The position numbers were made by a program, and so were the translations under genes. Shown here piece by piece: positions 1-9,737 of a stretch of 64,000 nt of DNA (position 1 is the first letter of the stretch; every line of letters begins with the position of its first letter). The stretch is from Clostridia bacterium (lineage in GTDB: Bacteria; Bacillota; Clostridia; Oscillospirales; CAG-272). The stretch covers positions 13,252 through 77,251 of the forward strand of contig JAFVYZ010000060.1 in assembly GCA_017508425.1 (NCBI GenBank). The letters run 5' to 3'. The notes below the pieces were generated by a model. The model made no database searches, was not told the origin of the DNA, and saw nothing but the letters and a program-made list of their open reading frames with translations.

Positions 1-3000
1 CGTGGGGGTAAGCATACCGTCAAGCGTGTTATCCGTGCTTACGTCAATATTCTGCACCGATGCCCATCTGTATCCGTTATAGATAATGTGGAGCATAATG
101 CCCGTTTGGTTATTGACGTAGGTCACAAAAAAGCTGCCGTCGATCTCGCGCTCCGTCATATAAGCAACATAGCCGTTTTCCTCAAGCAGTGCGCAATAGT
201 TTTGATAATGGCTCAATTTTGCATTGAGGTAGTAAAGCTCAAGCTCACCGTTGGATACGCTGACCGCACCCGAAAGCGAAAGATTTTGCGGGCGAGGATA
301 GTTGGTCACGAGGTTTTTCAGCTCGTTTGAAAGATAATTATCCGACCCGACCTGAGATTCAAGGGTGCTCATATCGCCCGTGAAGCCGTTGCTGCTTCCC
401 TTCTCAAAGCGGAAGTCCGCGGGAATTGCGTAAAGATCCGCCGTGCCGTCGCCGTTGGTATCAAGAGCAAAATCACCAAGGTTCTCGATAAACATTGCCT
501 TAGCCAGGCGAAGGGTCGCGTCGTCATACGAGCCAACGAACACCTTACCGTCCTGCACGGAATAGCCGTAATAGCCAACGTCCTTGCCTGCAAGCAGGTT
601 GATACGGGTAAGGGCAGTATTACCAATGTAAATGGCTGCACCGCTTACCGCCAAATCATCAGGCACGTAGGTAAAGGCAAGACCTGCCTCATAATCGGCA
701 TTTAAGAGCGCACCGGCGATCTCCAGTGCGGCAAGCAGCGGGTAATCAATACCAAGCGAATTATTGTGGGTATCCTTATTGTACAAATGCGTCAAATTGG
801 CATTAAAGCTGATCTCTGCATAATTCTTGCCAAGCGCGGTATAATGGCTCGTACCATAGAGGAAAACGTTGTGAGCGCGCGCATCGCGGGTGTGAGAGTA
901 CACAAAGGGCGTTTCGGCGTTCAGCGGCACCATATCTGCGTTCGAGCAGATGATCTCAGTGAGGCTGATCTTTCCGCCACGGCAAAGCTTTGAAAACACA
1001 TCAACCGCCTGCATGGTGAGTGCATCGTTGCTACCCGCGATCACGATCGTGCCATCGATAACGCCGATATAGTAGCCGTAGCCCTCAACCTTGGCAAGAG
1101 CCTTGGTTGCAAGCGTGCCCTTGCTGCCCACAAAAATGGGCGTACCCGCAGAGCCGTAGCCGTAGGTGGTAAGCGTGCTGATGAGGGCAGTTGCTTTGCT
1201 TTGCAGGTTTGCGCCCGCATTATCACCAAACATGATATTGGTGGAGGGCGTCACGCTTGCGGTATGTCTCACAGCAGTATAGCCGCTGAAGGTCTGCAGG
1301 AGCTGCTGCTCCTCCTCGGTATATTCGCTGTATGCACCGGGCATATAAAGCGACTCGTAGCCATCCTCTACCGTGGCGGTGTAAGCCATTTTGGAAACGT
1401 ACGCCATCGTACGGACGTTATCCTCAACTCTATAAGTGCTGTAATAATAAGTACTGCCGTATTTTACATAGGAAACAGCCGCGTAAGCACGCGTATAGCT
1501 GTTCAGATCCACCAGCGCACCGCTGAAGGAAATGCTACCATCCGTGCGATTTTCGATACTGTTCTTTGCTACGATATCAACGTAAGGAATTTCAACGTTC
1601 GCGCTCGCGCCCCACGCGGTCAGCTTTTCATGCGTAAAGCCGCCGGCAGAAGCAACGTAGTCAGCGGGCGCAATGAGTGTGCCCATCGTATAGCGCCTGC
1701 CTGTAAGTTTAGTGACAATGGAGGCGGGGATATACGAGGAAAAGCGAATGCCGTTATACGCCGAGGTCAGTGCAACGTACGCACCCGCTTCCATTACGGG
1801 AGAATACGTGTTTTTGGTGATCGCCTCATACTTACGGTAGCAATAATACTGCGCATTATTGTATTTTACCGTTACGGTGTTCCCCGCGAAGGCAACGTCG
1901 GCGCCAAGCAAATCGTTGCCGTCAACGATCATTTTTTTGGCGTAGGTTGAAAGCAGAACCGCATCGCCCACAATGACCTTGGAGCTACCAATGCTCGCGT
2001 CGATCATGGTGGAGGTGCTGTTACGCTTGTCGATGAAAATGCCGCCGGAAAGCGAGATATCCACGTCGCTTGCGTAGTACATACTCGTCGGGTCCTTGGA
2101 GTTATCCTTGTCCAGCTCATCAAGCGAAACGGCAACACTTGTGCGAATCAGTGCACAGTCCATGACGGTGCTGGATTCAAGCGTAAACGTGCCACCTGTC
2201 ACGTTAAAGCAGTCATCGATCGACTTGCGAAGCGCAAGATCAAACAAGACGCTGCCCTTGGTGGTAAAGCTACCGCCACTGATCTCAAATTGCCCCGCAT
2301 CCGCCTCGAACATCGCAACGCCCTCAACAACGGTAGAGCCGAGGAAGGTGCCGTTTGAGATAGTAACGACGAACTGACCGTTCTCCAAATAATTGCCCGT
2401 CACAAGCATAACGCGGCAGGTATCCTTTGCGTTGAAAAGACCGCCGGAAACGGTAAGCGAGGGGGCAAGCACCTTCCCCGGCTTCATTTGCGATTCGAGG
2501 TAAAAGATGCATCCGTTAGGCGCCGAGCTACTAAATGTGCCGCCGCTGACCGCAAAAGTACCGAGGTAGAAGCCAAATAGCTTTTGCCCCTCTAACGTGC
2601 CACCCTTGAACGTACCGTTAGTGATCGTAACGGTTGCCGATTCGGAATTACAAACAATCGCCGAGGCACCGCTCGAAGACACACCCGTGAGATCAAACGT
2701 GCCACCGTTCACCGTAAGCTTGGTGCCCGCACGGGAGGCTGTGACCAAATGCGTAGCCTTCCCCTCGCTCACGCCTGCCTCATTGGGGTAGAAGGTACCG
2801 CCGTTTATGGTGATGATAGGACCCGAGGAGGGCTGAGGTGCGACGCCGATCATACCGTAGATCATGCCGCCGTCAACGTTCAACTTTGCTTTGTTGCCCG
2901 ACGTGATCGCCGTCGTGCTCGAGGTAAGCGCTCTTACCGTCGTGCCGCTTTTTACATTAAGCGTGGTGCTCGAGCCGTTGACATAGATCGCATAATCCGC

Positions 3001-3321
3001 GCTCGACTCGATTGCGATGCTTTGAAGCGTAACGGTACCCGCCGCGACCGTAAATCGATTGCTTAACGTGATCTTTACCGAGTTTGTGCTACCCTTGATG
3101 GTGTAAGCCTTTGCCACGGAAAGCGTGGCAGATGTAACCGAAACGTTTTCTGTCACCGTGATCGTACCGCCGGAAGGAACGGCCGCAGCCGCCTCCTCGA
3201 GCGTAGCATATGTACTACTGCCCACGCTAAACGGCGAAGCGGCCGAGGCCGCAAGCGCGGTAAGCGTCAACAGCAGCAACGTCACGCACAAAAATAAAAT
3301 CGGACGAAGTTGTTTTTTCAT
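1..3321 (-). CDS. Large secreted protein of unknown function. The start is complete and the C-terminus is cut by the window edge (at least 1107 aa). It has a signal peptide followed by about 9 beta-helix-like G-G-T-F repeats.
   Basis: Absent from the ORF track because it has no stop inside the window. My minus-strand translation from ATG 3321 (RBS AAGGAGAA upstream) stays open to position 1, and the frame agrees at both ends. It begins MKKQLRPILFLCVTLLLLTLTALAASAASPF. Repeats include INGGTFY, VNGGTFD, ITNGTFKGG, VSGGTFS, VSGGLFN, ISNGTFLG, ISGGSFT, VTGGTFT and LSGGIFI. The plus-strand ORFs here are short antisense artefacts. Confidence 0.75.
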   Translation of the reverse strand, partial: MKKQLRPILFLCVTLLLLTLTALAASAASPFSVGSSTYATLEEAAAAVPSGGTITVTENVSVTSATLSVAKAYTIKGSTNSVKITLSNRFTVAAGTVTLQSIAIESSADYAIYVNGSSTTLNVKSGTTVRALTSSTTAITSGNKAKLNVDGGMIYGMIGVAPQPSSGPIITINGGTFYPNEAGVSEGKATHLVTASRAGTKLTVNGGTFDLTGVSSSGASAIVCNSESATVTITNGTFKGGTLEGQKLFGFYLGTFAVSGGTFSSSAPNGCIFYLESQMKPGKVLAPSLTVSGGLFNAKDTCRVMLVTGNYLENGQFVVTISNGTFLGSTVVEGVAMFEADAGQFEISGGSFTTKGSVLFDLALRKSIDDCFNVTGGTFTLESSTVMDCALIRTSVAVSLDELDKDNSKDPTSMYYASDVDISLSGGIFIDKRNSTSTMIDASIGSSKVIVGDAVLLSTYAKKMIVDGNDLLGADVAFAGNTVTVKYNNAQYYCYRKYEAITKNTYSPVMEAGAYVALTSAYNGIRFSSYIPASIVTKLTGRRYTMGTLIAPADYVASAGGFTHEKLTAWGASANVEIPYVDIVAKNSIENRTDGSISFSGALVDLNSYTRAYAAVSYVKYGSTYYYSTYRVEDNVRTMAYVSKMAYTATVEDGYESLYMPGAYSEYTEEEQQLLQTFSGYTAVRHTASVTPSTNIMFGDNAGANLQSKATALISTLTTYGYGSAGTPIFVGSKGTLATKALAKVEGYGYYIGVIDGTIVIAGSNDALTMQAVDVFSKLCRGGKISLTEIICSNADMVPLNAETPFVYSHTRDARAHNVFLYGTSHYTALGKNYAEISFNANLTHLYNKDTHNNSLGIDYPLLAALEIAGALLNADYEAGLAFTYVPDDLAVSGAAIYIGNTALTRINLLAGKDVGYYGYSVQDGKVFVGSYDDATLRLAKAMFIENLGDFALDTNGDGTADLYAIPADFRFEKGSSNGFTGDMSTLESQVGSDNYLSNELKNLVTNYPRPQNLSLSGAVSVSNGELELYYLNAKLSHYQNYCALLEENGYVAYMTEREIDGSFFVTYVNNQTGIMLHIIYNGYRWASVQNIDVSTDNTLDGMLTPT

Positions 3322-3391
3322 AAGCGTTCTCCTTTTCGGGGGGGAATAAAACACGGATGCACGATAAAAACCAACCATGAAATCCAAGAAT

Positions 3392-3420
3392 AGTATAACA
3401 AATATATTTGTTAATGTCAA
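3392..3420 (-). promoter_or_regulatory. Sigma-A type promoter for the large secreted protein gene
   Basis: Minus strand reads TTGACA, 17 nt, TGT-TATACT (extended -10), about 70 nt upstream of ATG 3321. Confidence 0.5.
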
Positions 3421-3484
3421 TTACAAGAGAAAAATTTCTACTTTTTTACCAAATGGCGCGCGCGAGTTTCGTGATTTTTAACAT

Positions 3485-3516
3485 CAAAAAAAGGCGATTT
3501 GGAATCGCCTTTTTTG
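3485..3516 (-). terminator. Intrinsic terminator after the GerA-family gene (bidirectional shape)
   Basis: AAGGCGATT / AATCGCCTT 9-bp stem flanked by an A-run and a T-run, 17 nt past the stop at 3533. Confidence 0.7.
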
Positions 3517-3532
3517 ATCTTCTGTACCGCGG

Positions 3533-4936
3533 TCAGGAGCTCTTTTTTCGTCGCACAAAAAGCGACAAAAGCGCCCTTGGCGAAAACGGGATCAGCGGAT
3601 AAAGATAGCTCCGTCCCCCATTGACCGTTTTGTTGGAGGCGATGAGGACGATAATGAGCAAAATGCCACCTAAAAATCCCCATAGATTGAAAAACGCCGT
3701 CAGAGTCAGGAGTAAAATACGCATAAATTTAAGCGCATAGCCAAGCTCAAAGCTCGTTTGCGTAAAATTGGCAATGGCAACGAACGCCATATATAAGATC
3801 ACCTCGGGGATCAGCCATCCCACATCGACCGCAAAGTCGCCAAGGATCAGCCCCCCCACGACGGATAAAGAATTTGCCAGCATATCAGGGGTATTCATAG
3901 AGGCCATGCGAAGTCCGTCTATCACAAATTCGGCCAAAAGCAGCTGCAAATAAATGGGCAGCTTCCCTCGATTTTCGGGCAATGCAAACGAAAGCCATTC
4001 GGGCACGTACTGAGGATTTAAAACCCCGAGGAACCAAACAGGAGTCATAAAAAGAGTAAGCCAAAATACAGTATGCCTCACGAGACGAAGATAGGTGCCC
4101 GTGAGGGGCGGAAGGTAAAAATCGCCACTTTCCTGTAGAAAATCAAAAATAGAGGTCGGCAAGATCATTGCCGCGGGAGAGTTATCAAGCAATACGATCA
4201 CGCTTCCCTCCAAAAGATGTGCCGAGGCGACGTCCGGACGCTCGGTATAACGAATCTTCGGAAAAGGATTATACCATCTCGTTTTAATAAGTGTTTCAGC
4301 CAGCGACTGGTGCCCCATCGTGAGGGCATCGGTTTGGATCGTGGCGATCTTATCCTTGATATATTTTACCGTTTTCGGATCGGCGCGATCACGCATATAA
4401 CAAATGACGATATCACTTTTTGAGGACTTGCCCATTGTCATATAGTGCATAGTGAGCTCCGCATCGCGAATGCGTCGCCGAACCAGTGCGGTATTAAAAA
4501 CGAGTGTTTCGACAAACCCATCACGCGGACCGCGCATCACACGATCGTTTTCGGGTTCAGCCGTTTCACGCGCAGGATAGGTTCGCGCGTCAATGATCAG
4601 CGCCTCGGCACCGAATGTGCTTCCCAAAAGAAGGGTCGCACCGGAAAGCACCATTTGCAGCATGAGATCGGTGTTCCCCGTCACATCGCTTTCAACGTAC
4701 GGCATATTGCTTTCAAGAAATTCCGTAGCACTTCCCGGCAAGGTCTTTAACCCGAGCAAATAGATAAACAGCTTTTGCAGGGATCCGTCCTTGATGAGAC
4801 CGTCAATATAAAAAAGTGTAAGCTCCTCCCGACCGATCTTCAGCACTTTTTTAATGACATCAAAATTTTCCCCCGCGCGCAGCGTTTCCTCAAAAAGTGA
4901 AACATTTTCGCGATAATTTTCTGTTAACGGTTGCAT
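3533..4936 (-). CDS. Spore germination protein, GerA family (GerAA/SpoVAF-like)
   Basis: 467 aa. N-terminal soluble domain (LTLFYIDGLIKDGSLQKL) plus C-terminal multi-TM region, typical of the GerA/SpoVAF family. No adjacent GerB/GerC partners. Confidence 0.8.
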   Translation of the reverse strand: MQPLTENYRENVSLFEETLRAGENFDVIKKVLKIGREELTLFYIDGLIKDGSLQKLFIYLLGLKTLPGSATEFLESNMPYVESDVTGNTDLMLQMVLSGATLLLGSTFGAEALIIDARTYPARETAEPENDRVMRGPRDGFVETLVFNTALVRRRIRDAELTMHYMTMGKSSKSDIVICYMRDRADPKTVKYIKDKIATIQTDALTMGHQSLAETLIKTRWYNPFPKIRYTERPDVASAHLLEGSVIVLLDNSPAAMILPTSIFDFLQESGDFYLPPLTGTYLRLVRHTVFWLTLFMTPVWFLGVLNPQYVPEWLSFALPENRGKLPIYLQLLLAEFVIDGLRMASMNTPDMLANSLSVVGGLILGDFAVDVGWLIPEVILYMAFVAIANFTQTSFELGYALKFMRILLLTLTAFFNLWGFLGGILLIIVLIASNKTVNGGRSYLYPLIPFSPRALLSLFVRRKKSS

Positions 4937-4991
4937 ATTTTACTCACCCCTCTTTTGGGTGTAGTATGCACCAAAATCTTGGACCATATGT

Positions 4992-5019
4992 AAAAAAGCA
5001 CCCAAACGGGTGCTTTTTT
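4992..5019 (-). terminator. Intrinsic terminator after pfp
   Basis: AGCACCC-AAAC-GGGTGCT hairpin with flanking A and T runs, 10 nt downstream of the stop at 5029. Confidence 0.7.
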
Positions 5020-5028
5020 ACGGCATTT

Positions 5029-6273
5029 TTAATCAATCACGAAGAATTGAGGCAGGCCCTTTTCATAAGCAGGCGTTGCCTCGCCGGCAATCAGCGGCAA
5101 CAGATAATCAGCACAAGCGCGCGTGATGTGGTTGGAGCGCTTATTGATGAAATGATCGGGCACGCGTTTGACCTGATTGGCAACCTTTGACACGTCGCAG
5201 TGATCAATGTGATACACATACGGCGAGGTGTTATCGCGTATGATCGTCATCATCTCACGCGTTGCACCGTTCGCTGCCGCACGCACTGCTTCTCTGCCCA
5301 CATTGACAGATTCTGAAATATCGGTAGCCGAAGCAATATGCGACGCACATCGCTGTGAAATATTAAACTCTACCGAGCGCACCTTGCAGCCAATCTCCGC
5401 ACGCACAGCAAGCTCCAGTGCCTTGCCCGTACCCGAAAGCTGCTTGTGACCGAATGCATCGGTCGTGCCAACGCCAAAGCCCTCACAAACGTATGTACCG
5501 TCAGCAAAGCGAATGCCCTCTGAAACAGCGATCACCACGTTCGGGTGCTTGTCGAGCGCCTTACGCACGTCTTCGAAGAACTCTTCTTTACTAAAGGCAC
5601 GTTCGGGCAAATAAATGAGGTCGGGCACGATACCGTTGGTGGCAAGCCCCATACCTGCGGCTGCGGTAAGCCAACCTGCATCACGACCCATAATTTCAAC
5701 GATCGTCACGGCAGGTGTGCTATAAACCGCACAATCGCGAATGATCTCCTGTATTGAAACGGCAATATACTTCGCAGCAGAGCCGAAGCCGGGAGTATGA
5801 TCTGTCACCACGAGGTCGTTATCGATGGTCTTGGGCACGCCCATGATACGCATTTCGTAATCCTGCTCCTTGGTATATGCCGAGAGCTTTGCCACGGTAT
5901 CCATCGAATCGTTACCGCCAATGTAGAAAAAGTAACGGATATTGTACTTTTTGAAAATCGAAAGCAGTTTTTCGTACACCGCATCGTCTTCTCCCGGTTT
6001 GGGCAATTTTTGGCGGCAGGAGCCGAGTGCAGCAGCCGGTGTATGCTCCAGCATATCAAGATTATACGGGTCAGCAAAAAGCTCGTTCAAATTGACGAGT
6101 CGCTCCTCGAGCAAGCCTTCTACACCGTTTTTCATTCCATAAAGTGTTTCAATCGCACCCTTACCCACGTTTTCAAGCACGCCCCGAATAACACCGGCAA
6201 GCGTGGCATTGATCGCAGCGGTAGGCCCACCGGACTGCCCGACAACGGCATTTCCAACCAGCTGTTTCATCAT
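5029..6273 (-). CDS. pfp: 6-phosphofructokinase, probably pyrophosphate-dependent (415 aa)
   Basis: PFK motifs GQSGGPTAAINA, IGGNDS (Asp in the GGxDS position typical of PPi-PFK) and PKTIDNDL. I moved the start to ATGATG at 6273, preceded by AGGAGGGG. The track's longer N-terminus is hydrophobic junk. Confidence 0.85.
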   Translation of the reverse strand: MMKQLVGNAVVGQSGGPTAAINATLAGVIRGVLENVGKGAIETLYGMKNGVEGLLEERLVNLNELFADPYNLDMLEHTPAAALGSCRQKLPKPGEDDAVYEKLLSIFKKYNIRYFFYIGGNDSMDTVAKLSAYTKEQDYEMRIMGVPKTIDNDLVVTDHTPGFGSAAKYIAVSIQEIIRDCAVYSTPAVTIVEIMGRDAGWLTAAAGMGLATNGIVPDLIYLPERAFSKEEFFEDVRKALDKHPNVVIAVSEGIRFADGTYVCEGFGVGTTDAFGHKQLSGTGKALELAVRAEIGCKVRSVEFNISQRCASHIASATDISESVNVGREAVRAAANGATREMMTIIRDNTSPYVYHIDHCDVSKVANQVKRVPDHFINKRSNHITRACADYLLPLIAGEATPAYEKGLPQFFVID

Positions 6274-6539
6274 AATTCCCCTCCTAAATATGGAAATATC
6301 GCCTATAAATACAGACATCATTGTAACAAACGGAAAACAAGAAATCAAGCAACCAAGAATGACAACATTTTGCAACCAAAGGTTGCGGGTTTCTCCTTAA
6401 AAGCGTTACAACAGATTTCCCCATTTTCTTTTATAAAGTATAGCACGGCAAGGGCTTTTATGTCAAGCCCGGAAGTGTGTTATCACGCGTTATTTTGGAC
6501 AGGCGCCGGTGCATAAACTAACACCTGGGAGGTGATTTT

Positions 6540-7217
6540 TTGTTTTCAACCTTGATTTCTCTAATTCTTAACGCTGTTCATTTGTTGCTTGGCATAAGCA
6601 CCCCGCAAAATTTCCCACCTCCGCTCTCGGCGGCCGAGGAGCGCGAGGCCTTTACGGCAAAATCCGCGGGGGATATGGCGGCAAGAGAAAAACTGATCTT
6701 ACATAACCTTCGCCTTGTGGCGCACATTGTGAGAAAATATTACGGTGCTGCAAAAAACAGCGAGGACCTGGTATCGATCGGCACCATAGGGCTCGTTAAG
6801 GCAGTTGATTCCTTCAATCCCACCAATGGAGCAAGATTTGCTACCTATGCAGCCAAGTGCATTCAAAATGAGATCTTAATGCACTTTCGTGCGCAAAAGA
6901 AGCTCTCGTGCGAGGTATCGATCAACGAAACGATCGACGTGGATCGAGATGGAAATCCCCTGACCTATATGGATGTGATCGCAACTGAGGATAATGTGGA
7001 TGAGGAGCTTGACAAAAGCATTAAAAGTGCGCGAGTACGACGCTTGGTGGAAAACGTGCTGGATCCTCGCGAGCGCGAGATCATTTCCCTGCGCTACGGC
7101 CTTTCGGGTGACGCGCCCATGACGCAACGCGAGGTAGCGGAAAAGCTCAGCATCTCGCGCTCGTACGTCAGCCGCATTGAAAAAAGCGCACTGGATACGT
7201 TAAGAGAATATTGTTGA
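6540..7217 (+). CDS. sigK: Sporulation sigma factor SigK (pro-sigma-K), uninterrupted
   Basis: TTG start after GGGAGGTG. NFPPPLSAAEE...LILHNLRLVAHIVRKY and ISRSYVSRIEKSAL closely mirror B. subtilis SigK. A hydrophobic pro-sequence is present. Confidence 0.85.
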   Translation: MFSTLISLILNAVHLLLGISTPQNFPPPLSAAEEREAFTAKSAGDMAAREKLILHNLRLVAHIVRKYYGAAKNSEDLVSIGTIGLVKAVDSFNPTNGARFATYAAKCIQNEILMHFRAQKKLSCEVSINETIDVDRDGNPLTYMDVIATEDNVDEELDKSIKSARVRRLVENVLDPREREIISLRYGLSGDAPMTQREVAEKLSISRSYVSRIEKSALDTLREYC

Positions 7218-7218
7218 G

Positions 7219-7250
7219 AAAAGGGACTGCCCGCGGGCGGTCCCTTTTGT
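7219..7250. terminator. Bidirectional intrinsic terminator between sigK and the 555-aa gene
   Basis: AAGGGAC...GTCCCTT stem enclosing the palindrome GCCCGCGGGC, followed by TTTTGTTT. Confidence 0.7.
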
Positions 7251-8918
7251 TTATTCTTTTTCAAGAGTGATCTTGATTTCAATTTCTTTGTTGCCAATGG
7301 CGGCAAAGCCACGGTAATGACCGTTGCGGTTGTAGCCAATCTCATCAAGATCTATGATCTTGCCCGTTGTGGTATAGCGGCAAACATAGCCCTGATAGTG
7401 CACCTCGAGTGTGCGGTCGCTTACCTTGATATCGGTATGCGTCTCACCGTCAAACGCGAAGGCGGGGAGCATATGTGCCAGCTTATCGCTGCTCGTGGCC
7501 TTGATGGTGACACCACTCTCATCCACGGTATAGGCGGTGGTGACCTCCTTGGCGTTAAAGAAGCGGCAAAGGAGCTTGGCGTGCGCCTCGTTTTCCCCTT
7601 CACCCATATCGAGGAGCTCGTATCTGCCAATATAGGCGTCGGTCGCAAACTGCCAGTAGTTATCCGAGAAAATACCGGGAGAAAGCGACATTGCCACGGG
7701 GTGATCCCCTACCGCAAACTTCGGCATTGCGGGGCAAGGCAAGGACAGGCAAAGCGCCGAGGGCGCACCCATCTTGTGCACACGGCCAAGACCCGATGCG
7801 TCGTAGTGAGGGTCTGCATCGGTATCAAACTCCAAAGCATAGCCGCCCGCACGAAGGAAGAGCTTCGTGAATTCATCAGAGGTCTTGAACGCCATGGGAG
7901 ACACGTCAAACTCACCCGGTACCACCTCATCGTTACAGAGCATATAGGCATTATAGAGGTTTGACGCCAGCGTGATCATATATTTGTCGAAATACGCATA
8001 CACCTCACACCCGAACCTGCTCTCGAGCGGAAAGCGATTCTTGACGTGATGAACAGGGGTGCGGTCAAGCCACCTCTCGATGCAATCCAGAGCGCTGAGA
8101 GCTGCGGCCTTGAACTTGCCGGCAAGTTGGAAATTGCCCTCCTTGTGGTAACGGTCGGCGGCGTATTCGAGCACGATCAGCTGCATGGCCTCATTGTGCA
8201 GGAATTGGTTACTGCGACCCCCAAAGGGCACCTCACCCGTGACCGACTGCATCATCAGCGAAAGCGGCTCGGTACGGCGAAGCATCGCGTCAATTTCATC
8301 GCGGTAGGGGCCATTGTAGCCGAAATGGAGCAGCATGGAAAACAGTCCTCGCGGCACGAGATCGTAGATCATAGGGGGGTGGTACAGCGCGTCGCGATAC
8401 ATGCCGTTTTCATCCAGCCACTGAAGCTGGGTGGGGATCTGAATATCCACAAATTCGTCGGCATTGCAAAGGCCGTACGCATGGCGTGCGTACTCGCTGA
8501 CTGTGGTAAACAGCGCCCAGTTAAAGACCCTGTCGGTCTTACTCTTGGCATATTTATCGTAGCAGGTGTAGGGATCGATCGAGGCGATGTCGCGCTTCCA
8601 CTTTTCAAGGCGCGGTGCGGGCACAGCGCCTGCCGTCTCGATCTCCATGAGGGCGCAAACGATCTCACGCACCGAGAAATCGTTGGCCGCCTTGACGCGC
8701 GGAATTTGCTCGCAGCAAAAATCCATCATTTCAAGGAAAAGAGACATCAGGTCGGTACGGCGGCCGTGGGCAATAAGAATGCCGATGTTGGCGGCCATAC
8801 GGGGGAACCCGTGCTCGGTGAGCCCGTCGCGCTTTACGCGCTCGAAATACGAAACGATCTGCTCGTCGGCATAAGCGGCGAGCGTGCGCTCCATCAGGTC
8901 AATGTAACGTTCCTTCAT
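7251..8918 (-). CDS. Hypothetical cytoplasmic protein (555 aa). Context suggests an enzyme acting on uronate or unsaturated oligosaccharides.
   Basis: Long clean ORF with no signal peptide, sitting 5 nt downstream of the kduD-like gene. I could not assign a family from the sequence alone. Confidence 0.6.
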   Translation of the reverse strand: MKERYIDLMERTLAAYADEQIVSYFERVKRDGLTEHGFPRMAANIGILIAHGRRTDLMSLFLEMMDFCCEQIPRVKAANDFSVREIVCALMEIETAGAVPAPRLEKWKRDIASIDPYTCYDKYAKSKTDRVFNWALFTTVSEYARHAYGLCNADEFVDIQIPTQLQWLDENGMYRDALYHPPMIYDLVPRGLFSMLLHFGYNGPYRDEIDAMLRRTEPLSLMMQSVTGEVPFGGRSNQFLHNEAMQLIVLEYAADRYHKEGNFQLAGKFKAAALSALDCIERWLDRTPVHHVKNRFPLESRFGCEVYAYFDKYMITLASNLYNAYMLCNDEVVPGEFDVSPMAFKTSDEFTKLFLRAGGYALEFDTDADPHYDASGLGRVHKMGAPSALCLSLPCPAMPKFAVGDHPVAMSLSPGIFSDNYWQFATDAYIGRYELLDMGEGENEAHAKLLCRFFNAKEVTTAYTVDESGVTIKATSSDKLAHMLPAFAFDGETHTDIKVSDRTLEVHYQGYVCRYTTTGKIIDLDEIGYNRNGHYRGFAAIGNKEIEIKITLEKE

Positions 8919-8923
8919 AGCTC

Positions 8924-9720
8924 TTACTTCGGTTGCTTACCGATGTAGGCAAGAATACCGCCGTCAACGTAAAGCACATGACCGTTGACAAAGTTCGAGG
9001 CATCCGACGCGAGGAATACCGCAGGACCCACAAGATCCTCGGTCTCGCCCCAGCGTGCCGCGGGGGTCTTGGCGATGATAAAGGAATCAAACGGGTGACG
9101 GCTGCCGTCAGCCCCACGCTCGCGCAGGGGTGCCGTCTGGGGCGTGGCGATATAGCCGGGGCCGATGCCGTTGCACTGAATGTTAAACTCACCGTACTCC
9201 GAGGCGATGTTGCGGGTCAGCATCTTAAGACCGCCCTTTGCCGCACATAAGCGGAAACGGTCTCGCGGCCAAGCTCGCTCATCATCGAGCAGATGTTGAT
9301 GATCTTACCGTGACCCTTCTTGATCATGGCGGGGATCACAGCCTTTGACACGATAAAGGGCGCGTTGAGGTCCACGTCAATGACCTTTCTGAAGTCGGCC
9401 GCAGACATCTCGCACATCGGGATTCTCTTAATAATACCCGCGTTATTGACAAGAATGTCAATCACACCCACCTCTTTTTCAACGGTGGCAACAAGTGCGT
9501 TTACCGCATCCTCGTCGGTCACGTCGCAAACGTAGCCATGCGCGTCAATGCCCTCTGCCTTGTAGGCAGCCATTCCTTTCTCCACAAGCTCCGCGTTGAT
9601 ATCGTTAAACACGATGGTAGCACCTGCATTGGCAAGTCCCTTGGCGATCGCAAAGCCGATGCCGTAGGAAGCACCCGTCACGAGCGCGACCTTGCCGCTC
9701 AGATCAAACATATTTGCCAT
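8924..9720 (-). pseudogene. kduD: KduD-like short-chain dehydrogenase (2-deoxy-D-gluconate 3-dehydrogenase / gluconate 5-dehydrogenase family), split by a 1-nt deletion
   Basis: ORF 9217..9720 (TGASYGIGFAIA, NNAG, ...SAY) and ORF 8924..9223 (MLTRNIASEY...PGYIATP) are two halves of one SDR. The reading TAT-GT-GCG-GCA-AAG lacks one base at 9245-9246, inside the catalytic Y-x-A-A-K motif. Confidence 0.8.
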
Positions 9721-9737
9721 GATTTTACCCCCCTAAA

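Noticed and set aside
6274-6539. Sigma-K or sigma-E type sporulation promoter upstream of sigK (CATAAACTA at about 6508-6516)
   Set aside because: The -10-like element fits CATA-N3-TA, but I could not find a properly spaced -35 AC element. This is too weak to report as a feature.
6540-7217. Possible skin-like intervening element splitting sigK
   Set aside because: sigK is a single continuous 225-aa ORF covering regions 2 to 4. No recombinase or insertion is present.
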